Assembly: GCF_006345805.1 (NCBI RefSeq)
Contig: NC_043023.1
Coordinates: forward strand, 19,902,001-19,966,000
Length of the DNA stretch: 64,000 nucleotides
DNA from: Octopus sinensis
Lineage: Eukaryota
Direction: 5' to 3'
Below, in pieces: positions 13,190 through 23,030 of this stretch (position 1 is the first letter of the stretch; the number at the start of each line of letters is the position of its first letter). A model generated the notes under the pieces. That model saw only the letters and a program-made list of their open reading frames with translations. It searched no databases and was not told the origin of the DNA. The translations under genes and the position numbers were made by a program.

Positions 13190-13422
13190 TCAGCTCTGCT
13201 ATCGCTAGACAGTAGTAAATAGGGACAGCGGGAATATCCTCGTCGCCTTCGATCCGTTCACCTTGAGAGAGTCGAAGTTACTCCCGCCGTTTACCCGCGC
13301 TCGATACCGAGAACTTCTTCAAGCCCGTACCCTCGGCTCTGCTTTCGCTAGACAGTAGACAGGGACACGCTCCTCGCCTTCGATCCGTTCACGCGGCGCC
13401 TCGCCAATCGGACGACGATGCC
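13190..13422 (-). repeat. Two degenerate copies of the 28S R2-target region within the 3'ETS/IGS
   Basis: 13276-13301 is identical to 2860-2885; 13320-13367 matches 15343-15390 at 43/48. Confidence 0.9.
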
Positions 13423-13874
13423 GAGAACTCGCCGCTTCGACAACCCGCACTCGCGGTGTCCGCCGCGTACTACTCAGACTCTGTCCGTCGCTGCGCGAGA
13501 CCGGGGCTCGGGCCCGATGCCGACGAGCAACAACTCGTCGGCGGTGCAGGAGGTTACGAACGGCCGGAATGCCGCATGCTGGCGCCACAACCCCGTGTAC
13601 GCGCGCACTAAGCAGGAGGTGCCGTTTCTTCCACTTCTCACTTAAACGAACCCGCAACGGAGCGCGCGCTGCTAAGCCGATGCGCGCTCGATTCGGCGGC
13701 CGAGACGAAGGCGGTTACGGCGACGACTACTACCGCGCGCCGAGTCGATCGCCGCAGACAAGACAAGACACAACGCAACGCAACACTTCGTAACTCCGAC
13801 TCCCAGCCGCAACACTTTCGCCATCTTTCGCACCTCCTCCTGCACCTGCTTCTCCGCCTCGAAGGGGCGGATCG

Positions 13875-14529
13875 TGTCATTCGCGAGAAGAGACTCAATA
13901 GATCGCAGTGTGGTAGCTGCTCTACTAAGCACGTCACTCCGAACGGCAAGTCGGGTCGTATGCAAGCGATCCCTTTCGTCTCGATCTCTTCAAACTAGTC
14001 GGGGCGGGACGACGAGCAGACGACTACGGCGCGAACGCCGCAGTCGCCGCCGCGTCCCCGAATGGCAATTCCGCCGGCGACGCTGCCGCTCGCCGCGCGA
14101 ACGCGACGGGCGGACGGCGAACGCGACGGGCGGACGGCGAACGCGACGGGCGGACGGCGAACGCGACGGGCGGACGGCGAACGCCGAGCTAAGGCATGCG
14201 CCTTGAGGTTGAGACGCTTTTGGAAAACAACTCGGGTCCGGCTACGGTTCCGGCTTAGAGGCGTTCAGCCGTTATCGCTCAGAGGCAGCCTGGCACCACC
14301 GCTCTATCGAGCGAGCGCGCAAACCGTTGCTCTGATCCCGCGGTACCTCTCGTACTGGACGGGATAGCCGTAGCCGAGTTGACGTTGCCGACGCCCGCCT
14401 AAGGTCGGCCGGAGAAACGCCGGCGGCACGGCCAGGACGGACGACGCGCGAGCGCGCCGCCGCCTCGACCGCACGCCGAGTACCCCGACGCGACTCGGGG
14501 CGCCGCGTACGCGCGATGCATCGGTAGGA

Positions 14530-14576
<47 letters not shown>

Positions 14577-15293
14577 GTTAGTGGGTGAACAATCCAACGC
14601 TTTGCGAATTCTGCTTCGCAATGATAGGAAGAGCCGACATCGAAGGATAAAAAAGCGACGTCGCTGCGAACGCTTGGCCGCCACAAGCCAGTTATCCCTG
14701 TGATAACTTTTCTGACACCTCTCGGCGGACGCATAGCTCGCCGCTGTAATTTGGAAAGGATCGATGGGCCACGCTTTCGCGGTCCGTATTCGTACTGAAA
14801 ATCGAGATCGAGCGAGCTTTTGCCCTTTTGCTCGACGTGTGGTTTCCGTCCACGCTGGGCTCGCCTTGGGACACCTGCGTTACCGTTTGACAGACGTACC
14901 GCCCCAGTCAAACTCCCCGACCGACACTGTTCTCGACTAAGGGTCGCGCATCGGCTGCGCCGGCGCCCGCAAAGGCGCCCGACATGCACCGCGCGCTTCG
15001 CACCAGATAATGAACCACCGCTCGGCGACGGCCCGATCCCTTCTCCATCGAGTGAGCGAGGAAACTACGGAAGTGGCGGTTTTTCATCGTCGCAAACGCG
15101 CGCGACACCCCGACGTCGAACGCGCTTAGCCGACGGCGCCCACGGCGCACCGACGAGACCGACCGCCGCACGCGAAGCGCGACGGTGCGGACAACGAACA
15201 GCACGCCAGCGCGCCGCCGGTGACGGCAGCGCCCGGCGCGGGGCAACGCGAATGCTACCGCCTATGCTACGCCTACCGTGTGCCCTCACAAAA

Positions 15294-15333
<40 letters not shown>

Positions 15334-15340
15334 CGATCCG

Positions 15341-15375
<35 letters not shown>

Positions 15376-15410
15376 CAGTAGATAGGGACAGTGGGAATCT
15401 CGTTGATCCG

Positions 15411-15450
<40 letters not shown>
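13875..15450 (-). rRNA. 28S: 28S rRNA, 3' part, starting exactly at the R2 site (TAGCCAAATGCCTCGTCATC)
   Basis: Peptidyl-transferase region blocks (gagccgacatcgaagg, ctcacgacggtctaaacccagctc) and 3'-terminal tcaatagatcgcag. 3' boundary approximate. Confidence 0.97.
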
Positions 15451-15726
15451 TCTAAGTGAGACTAAATAGTGTCTCCTTCCCTTTATTTAACGTGGGTGGT
15501 CCCACACTGTCCAGCCAGGTCCCAGCTTGTGTTAATCTTAAAAGAAAAAAAGTACAAAAAAAAACAAAAATCTACCTAAGTAGTGGGGATCTAAAACTAA
15601 CAGCGAAGCGGGTGCTTTTTCGATGGGCAGAAGAAGCTGAAAGTCCAATCCGGGTTGTTATTTTAATTTTTCTTATGTTTTAATTTTAAGCTCATATCGA
15701 GGCACGGCCCCCAAACCATGCCACCT

Positions 15727-15757
<31 letters not shown>

Positions 15758-17422
15758 ATTGAGGGGCATCCTACACGCCAGCCTCTCGGTCCTCGAAAAA
15801 AAAAAAAAAAAAAGAAATTTTGAGGACTTCATCGAGGGGGTTTTATGTGCAGGATCCGATAGAAACTATCAGGGTCGAGTTAGGTATGTGAGCCATTAGT
15901 ATTACCTGCAGTGTAAATGGCTCTATACAACTGCAGGAAGCGTTGATATCGGCCCAACGTGGTTGGGCAACACGCTCGGCCTGGCTTGGAGACCCGCTCT
16001 TTTGCCCACAAGCCACCATCTTATACGGCCCCTGGCAACCGTGTGTTTCGTAACTTTTCGTTAAGGAATTGGACTTCGCGGCATTTTCCAAGAGTACGTG
16101 GAAGAAAATCAAGAGTACAAGAGTAAGGAGTCAAACCCTGCAGACCGTAAGCAAACATCCTCCCTAGCCAACCGAAATCCGCATACCAAGCCAAATACCC
16201 TGCAACAGTCCGCGAAGGGCTCAATACTGATGGTTTACCCGTCAGTTTACCCGGCATCCTCGCCGCCCTTCTCGAGTGAGGTACTGGATGCTGGCCAAAA
16301 GTGAGTCTACTCCCACATTAACATGTGTGAGCCACAACAATCTGGCGTCAGGAGACAAAGTCGTGAACCACCCAGGGCTCATTATTGACGGTTTACCCGT
16401 CAGTTGACTGGCTCCCGTAGTGAGGCCAAAAGTGAGTCCACTCCCACATTAACATGTGTGAGCCACAACAATCTGGCGTCAGGAGACAATGTCGTGAACC
16501 ACCCAGGGCTCATTATTGACGGTTTACCCGTCAGTTGACTGGCTCCCGTAGTGAGGCCAAAAGTGAGTCCACTCCCACATTAACATGTGTGAGCCACAAC
16601 AATCTGGCGTCAGGAGACAATGTCGTGAGCCACCCAGGGACAGCAGGGACAGCAACCTTCACGAGGCGCTAACTTTTGGCGAGATAAGAGGCAGGATGGA
16701 AGCACCCCATCCCTACCTCGCCCCGTCAGCAGCCCAATCCGGAGAGCGAACCCACCCGTTCTGACCTTGGCCGTCCGTGGGCGCCGCCCCGTGAAATTCT
16801 AATATAGAAATAGGGGGCCTTCACACCACACCGATGCCAGGTAGTGGCCGATCCGGATGAGCAGGAGGCCGACAAGCGCAACCACGACCAACCAGCAGGG
16901 TATCATCCCACTCTGCACACGATAATCCTCCACACTGCTTGGTCCCCACCAATTAATTGGAACCGCTATGGGGGAAGGACACATTTAGTTAGTCTGCGGA
17001 CGGGTTGGCGCCCGCAAGGCCAATAACGGCTTGCGTCCCACCCGCAGACGTAAGCTCTTAAACCACGACAAGGTAGTGTCCCTGTGGGTGAATCCTGGCA
17101 GTGCATCCATCTCCCGGGTTAAACCCGGCAGATCATAACATACCAGACAAACTTGATGGTGCATCCACCCTCTCACCTCGCTGCCAATGTTCCAATCGGA
17201 CACTGCAGGTGTATATCCCCCTATACACCACCCACACCGATGTTCCTATAGGACACCGCAGGTGCCCCCAACCGCTGGATCTTTTCTGCCCCCAACGAAA
17301 CTCGGTGGGGTGGGGACAAATCGTATCAAGACGTGTTATTAGTGTAAGTTCACCCCAAGTGGATGAGCAGTAGGAACACCCACCCATTGCAAGGTTCGTG
17401 GGTCATAACCATCAAGCCCCAC
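15451..17422 (-). mobile_element. 5'-truncated, decayed R2-like retroelement (3' end with long structured 3' UTR)
   Basis: Its 3' junction lies precisely at the canonical R2 nick site of 28S. Fragmentary peptides (ARIH.., VPINWWG) only weakly recall the R2 C-terminus; no intact ORF. Confidence 0.65.
16294..16639. repeat. 131-bp tandem repeat, ~2.6 copies
   Basis: 'gccaaaagtgagtc..ctcccacattaacatgtg' starts at 16294, 16425 and 16556. Confidence 0.95.
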
Positions 17423-17426
17423 TTAA

Positions 17427-17497
17427 GGTGGCTACTACCACCTGACTTCTATCTTTCAGAAAGTCATGAAGCCATTCTCCCAGTTTTCCAACTATGC
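17427..17497 (-). pseudogene. LINE RT fragment, proximal piece (IVGKLGEWLHDFLKDRSQVVVA)
   Basis: Peptide type that normally lies just upstream of the SGVPQG motif found at 2843. Confidence 0.85.
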
Positions 17498-17641
17498 TAT
17501 ATATATATATAACTAATATATATATAACCAATAGCTAAATTCTTTGGCTGCTATTTCTAAAAGCTCGGTATGTGGTAAAGCAAATTATTTTTTGATGAAC
17601 CCTAATTATATAAAGTAATGTTTATATGTATATATATATAT

Positions 17642-17821
17642 TTATTTACTCTTTTACTTGTTTCAGTCATTTGACTGCGGCCGGGACTTTTTCTTTTGTA
17701 AGCCCAGTACTTATTCTATCGGTCTCTTTTGCCGAACCGCTAAGTAACACGGACATAAACACACCAGCATCGGTTGTCAAGCAATGCTAGGGGGACAAAC
17801 ACAGACACATAAACACACACA

Positions 17822-17878
<57 letters not shown>

Positions 17879-18025
17879 CGACGGGCTTCTTTCAGTTTCC
17901 GTCTACCAAATTCACTCACAAGGCTTTGGTCGGCCTGAGGCTATAATAGAAGACACTTACCCAAGGTGCCACGCAGTAGGACTGAACCCGGAACCATGTG
18001 GTTGGTAAACAAGCTACTTACCACA
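17642..18025 (-). mobile_element. tRNA-derived SINE (octopus OR-type), internally deleted
   Basis: Reverse complement of the SINE at 36653-37036, with tail gactgaaacaagtaaaagag. Confidence 0.8.
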
Positions 18026-18124
18026 CACCCATATATATACATATATATATACATATATATACAATATATATATATATATATATCATACACGTACACAGAT
18101 ACATACTTTCATTCGTACATATTC

Positions 18125-18293
18125 GAGAAGTTCTTTCAGTCTACGATTACTAAATCCATTCCCAAGTCTTTGGTCAACGGAAGGCGAGAGTGGAAGATAC
18201 TTTTCCATGATTCCGTGCAGTAGGACTGAACCCACAACCTCCCAGTTGTAAATCCATGGCCGTATTAAGAAGCCACACAACCATGCTTGCGCC
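18125..18293 (-). mobile_element. Diverged tRNA-derived SINE head
   Basis: Similar to the same SINE head (gggttcagtccta.. B-box-like). Confidence 0.6.
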
Positions 18294-18679
18294 AATTTTG
18301 TATAATTAATGTAAAATCATAACAATTCTACATATTTAATTAGGAAGTATAAGAAACATGATTATCATAGTTTAAGACGGGATTCTAATCGCTTTATGAA
18401 ATCATTGGCAGTTGAAGGGAAATCACTCTTCTGGAATAGGAATGATTACTTCCCTTTGTGTTGCTGAATTCATTTTGAAACTTAATTTCGAATTGAAAAC
18501 TGTTTAACTCAGTTGGCAATAAAGTAAATCAGCAGATGTCGCGTCTTCTGAGTGTTTTTTCGATTGCAATTCCAGTCGTTGATTCACTTCCACTTCTCCG
18601 ACTCACATTGAAGACCGTCTCATGGGCCGCCGCAACAGACACCTGACAGTTATGGCGAGTGTGTCCGTATGTCATTGGA

Positions 18680-19135
18680 ACCACTCAAACGGTGATCCAG
18701 CATCGGTCCGCTCACCGCTGCCATCCGATGATACGAAAAAAACAATCAGTCTCCCGGGCGCCCGTTCATTCGACGAGGTGTAAACCATCGTCTGTTTAGG
18801 ATCAGCGATTCTGTTCGGAGAGACTTGCTTAAGAGAACAGCTACCACACTGCGGTGTGTTGCGTCTATTCTTGCGGAAGACATGATCCCGCATCGGAGGC
18901 GTGGTGTAGCTCGGTGTCAAGAACTTAGTATCATCCGACGACATCGGTGGCGTGAATCACTCGGGAAACGATCAAAACTGAACGGTGCCGGAAAAGATGG
19001 CTCTAAGCGCCAGAATATGCATCCTCTTGTTTCATGACGTCAAGATGTCTGTCTGTCGGTCTAAGTCTCTTTCGGAGTTTAAGCAAAGCTGGGGCATCCT
19101 CGCCGCCCTTCTCGAGTGAGGTACTGGATGCTGGC
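18680..19135 (+). pseudogene. Diverged 28S-derived mosaic fragment, inverted relative to the rDNA unit
   Basis: 18811-18853 matches the reverse complement of 13904-13946 at 37/43; shorter matches to other 28S regions. Confidence 0.6.
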
Positions 19136-19248
19136 TCTATTCATTGAGTCCGTCTGATATATTTGTCTTCTCGTTTGCCAGGATAGAGAGAGAAAGAAAG
19201 GAGGAGAGAAAGAATGAAAAAGAGTTTGAAAGAAAAGCGAAGTGATTC

Positions 19249-19249
<1 letters not shown>

Positions 19250-19310
<61 letters not shown>
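19250..19310. repeat. (GA)n microsatellite inside a purine-rich tract (~19180-19790)
   Basis: Seen directly. Confidence 0.95.
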
Positions 19311-19311
<1 letters not shown>

Positions 19312-19935
19312 CAGTCATGCAGGCAGACAGACAGACAGACATAGGAAGGGAAAGAGAGAAAGAGATTGAGAGAAATGAAGATAGCAAAGAGAGAGAGAGG
19401 GGGGGAGGAAGATAGAAAATGAGTAGAGATGGAGTAACAAGGGAGTGGTGTATATGATTAGCATAAAGAGGAGAGTATGAGGCAAGAGGCATAGTGAGAG
19501 GATATTATATGAGGCGGAGAGAAAAGAGAGATATTGATACATAGAGAGAGGGAGATACTGACGTGGGAGAGAAAACAAAAGAGGTAGAGGGATATTAGGA
19601 TATATAAGGTGGTAAAGAGGGAGAGAGTGAGAGAGAAAGGGGGAGAAGGAGAGAGAGGTGACGTATGATTTATATACTTTGTGGGAGAGGGAGTGTATCA
19701 GATTAGAGAGAGTAAGAGAAGCAGACAGGAGTTATACAGGAATGTATAAAGGAGTGAAAGGAAGAGAGAGAGAGAGATAAGTAGAGAAGCTTTGCTATAT
19801 ATATATAAATGTGTGTGTTTGAATGTGTTTGTGTGTGAATGTGTGTATTTGTGTAAATGTGTGTGTGTGTTTATGTATGTGTGTGTGTGTACGCAGAGAT
19901 TGTGATCGGTGATAGAAAACAAGAGAATTGGGGTG

Positions 19936-19966
<31 letters not shown>

Positions 19967-19990
19967 TAAATGTGTGAGTATGTATGTATG

Positions 19991-20036
<46 letters not shown>

Positions 20037-20153
20037 TCAGTAAAAGCAATTAAGATTCAAGTGAGTTCTATTGAATTCACTTAAATGCAGTACTTAACTT
20101 AGATGCACCAGAAAACTGTAGGGTATTATATATTTACCTAAATATATATATAT

Positions 20154-20517
20154 ATATTTCTACATACAAAATTTAAAGGGCTGACCACTAAAAATGTACC
20201 GTCAACATGCTAGATATAGACGTCAAATCGCTATTTTCCACAAAGAATATGTTCTCAAATATAATGACAGAACATGCTAACGAGATTACAGTTTATCCTT
20301 GCGGATAATAATAATCAAAACTGATTCAGTACATGGGTAACTCATTTTTATTTCGTATATTTTCATTTGTCTTGCTTATTTTTAACGCTTTGGTATTGTG
20401 CTGAGTTTTTATTTGAGAACATATTCTTTGTGGAAAATAGCGATTTGGTGTCTATATCTAGCATGTTGACGGTGCACTTTTAGTGGTCAGTCTTTTAAAT
20501 TTTGTATGTAGAAATAT
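20154..20517. repeat. Fold-back element with ~108-bp inverted arms
   Basis: 20154-20261 is the approximate reverse complement of 20410-20517. Confidence 0.9.
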
Positions 20518-20648
20518 TTTAATCTTCAGATTTTTTAATATGCTGGGCCACTGGTTTTAATTGATTAACGTCAATTTCTACCCTTATTAAATTTTAATTT
20601 ATATATATATATATATATAAACAAGAAAAAAGCAACAAGAATGGATTA

Positions 20649-20745
20649 GTTTTTCAGTACAATTGTTTCATACGAAGACCAGCTTTATTAAAAGCTGCAA
20701 ATATTGCAGCAAATACAAGTGTCCCGTACTCATCAGCCGAAACAC
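20649..20745 (-). ncRNA. Type I hammerhead ribozyme (Penelope-like element type)
   Basis: Stem I UUUCGG/CUGAAA, core CUGAUGA, stem II GUACG/CGUAU with long insert, GAAA, palindromic stem III ACAAUUGU, GUA site. Confidence 0.75.
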
Positions 20746-21604
20746 ATATGAGTTCTCCAAGCATCCTAGTGGGTGAGGCTACACTCATGAAATATTGAAG
20801 ATAGTCCTAAAAAGCAAAATTTAGATTGTAAGCAGACTTCCAAAGTTCTCTAATGATGCACAGTCCTATAACAGGCTTTAAAAATGTTTGCTAGCTTCAT
20901 AGAAAAGGTGAATCCATCCATAATGTTGGTGCAAATTACCGGAGATATGAGGAGATATTTTATACCCACAGACGATGAATCCATCCCTGATTAATCCATA
21001 ATAAGGTGGGTATAATTTCCTGATATATGATAAGATACTTGTCACACCTCTGTTCATTTCACAAAATAGCTATGTTAGAATTATAATGGCTGAAGGAATT
21101 ATGTGGAGCATAGAGAAACCGCCCACATAGAGCATTCTGGGATAACTGAGAGGGAAGGGGTCGCAGGTACCCACCTACACAGAAAGGCCTCTTTCTGTGG
21201 AGACAGACAGTCTGGCTTAGAATTTGCAGGAATCTAAGATTTATAAAGGAGAACATTACTTTTGACCAGTATACAGCTGTTAATTGCCAATCCGACGGAT
21301 TTAGGTAAATATATTCAATAAGAATATTACATACTGAATTTATCTTGAGTGCTCCATTGTATAAAAATATTAATACTATTAAAGTATTTATATATTTAAT
21401 ACGAGCGATATATACATATATTTTTTTAATAATATATTATTATTAATAATATAAGGAAATCAATATTGAACTCATCATAAAGATATACCCGTGTGAAAGA
21501 CCTCATTGTATTAAAAATATATATAAGTAAATGAATATAAATATATAATTATAATGTAAAAGATAAATTTGAAAGATTAAAAGTTTTGAATTAATTTTTT
21601 AAGC

Positions 21605-21694
21605 GTCTTACGATCGTTTCGCAGAAGAGTAGTCCCTATAATGAAATCCTATATTGATAAGCATTTATAGACAACCCTTCTGCTCTTCAGAGAT
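21605..21694 (-). ncRNA. Type I hammerhead ribozyme (Penelope-like element type)
   Basis: CUGAAGA, stem II GCAGAAG/CUUCUGC, GAAA, palindromic stem III ACGAUCGU, GUA site; stem I only 3 bp. Confidence 0.7.
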
Positions 21695-22039
21695 ATAAAA
21701 TGTGAATATTGTATAATATATCGAATGATAGTTTTATTTTTTAAATTTGAAGTAAAATTGTAAAATGGTGTTTGTAAAATAGTGTTTGTTTGAAATGTAA
21801 AATGAAAATTAAAAATTACTACTTTTGATGAGAGTCTTTAAATCCATATATATTTCCTTGGTTATTTTACTGCAATAATCCATATAGCCCCAGCCCATTC
21901 ATAGTACCTGGATTGCAGAACGTCCTGCTGTGCTTACCTTGGATCATAGAGGGACCTGCTGTGCTTGAGGAGACCTATTGAGTCAAGTACATTAACTTTA
22001 ACATCAGTATCAAAACAAATATCAAGTGGAAATTGTAGT

Positions 22040-22321
22040 TACGACACCTGTGCCGGCGGCACGTAAAAAGCACCATCCGAACGTGGCCGATGCCAGTGCC
22101 GACTTGACTGGCTTCTGTGCCGGTAGCACGTAAAAGCACCAACCGATCGTGGCCGTTTGGCAGTCCCCGCTGGCACGTAAAAAGTACCCACTACACTCAC
22201 GGAGTGGTTGGCGTTAGGAAGGGCATCCAGCTGTAGAAACATTGCCAGATCAGACTGGAACCTGGTCAAATCATCCAACCCATGCTAGCATGGAAAACGG
22301 ACGTTAGACGATGATGATGAT
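22040..22321 (+). mobile_element. SINE/RTE-related repeat 3' part with (GAT)n tail
   Basis: tggttggcgttaggaagggcatccagc motif, 2-3 internal ~60-bp modules, gatgatgat tail. Confidence 0.75.
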
Positions 22322-22544
22322 TCATACTCAAAATCCGTCATATTATCTTGCATTCCAGTATAGTTCATGTAGTTTAGAAAATTTTACCAAACACATACTG
22401 TCAATTCCCTATTTTAATGGCTAAACCAAAAACCATCATACACATACCTTCATTATATTCACGGAACAAATTGCCCCTTGCGAGACCCTCACCAATGTTT
22501 CATGTCTACATAGTGTCTTTAAATACTCCAACATTAGTCTGCCA

Positions 22545-23030
22545 TCATGTGTGTGTGTTCCATTGGCCTTGATATCTCTCCTCCTTAATCTTGATTGCTT
22601 GATGAAAATGCTCACCATGCTCATCGCTCGCGTCTCCGAGATTAGCAGGAAATTCATCGAGATGGCTTTTGAAGAAATGAAGCTTTATGCTCATATCGCC
22701 GCCTAAAAGCTGATAGCTATCAAGTAATATCTCCACCAAATCCTTGTAGTTTTCAACCTTTTCACTCGCTACAAATCCTTTCACAACAGCCACAAATGAG
22801 TCCCATGCTCTTTTTTCTACGTCAGTCATCGAGCACGAGAATGTCTGGCATTTCATTAACTTTCGGATTTGTGACCCATCAAAAAACACCATCCATTATT
22901 TTATCATAACACAGGAAATGCTTAACATATGAATTTGAAACAGCTACTCTCCACATTAAGAGCTTCGATATATTACTTCATTAGTCCTAGTTTAATATGA
23001 AGGGTTGAGAAAATGATTTTCTCTTGCTCA
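22545..23030 (-). pseudogene. Chapaev/CMC-type transposase fragment
   Basis: LHIKLGLMK...GSQIRKLM...MSIKLHFFKSHLDEFPANLGDASDEHGEHFHQ..ERYQG motifs, disrupted. Confidence 0.75.

Noticed and set aside
2885-15302. Dozens of Arg/Ala-rich ORFs up to 322 aa
   Set aside because: They overlap rRNA genes and GC-rich spacers; stop-codon scarcity explains them.
16253-16300. HDV ribozyme in the 43-bp segment (GGCAUCC/GGAUGCU-GG looks like P1)
   Set aside because: No proper 7-nt pyrimidine L3, P2 or J4/2 could be placed.
2854-17426. piggyBac element because of flanking TTAA
   Set aside because: No CCC/GGG ends, no TIRs, no transposase.
18672-18944. 90-aa ORF with a CGSC motif as an R2 zinc finger
   Set aside because: The motif falls in the 28S-derived match; no C2H2 pattern.
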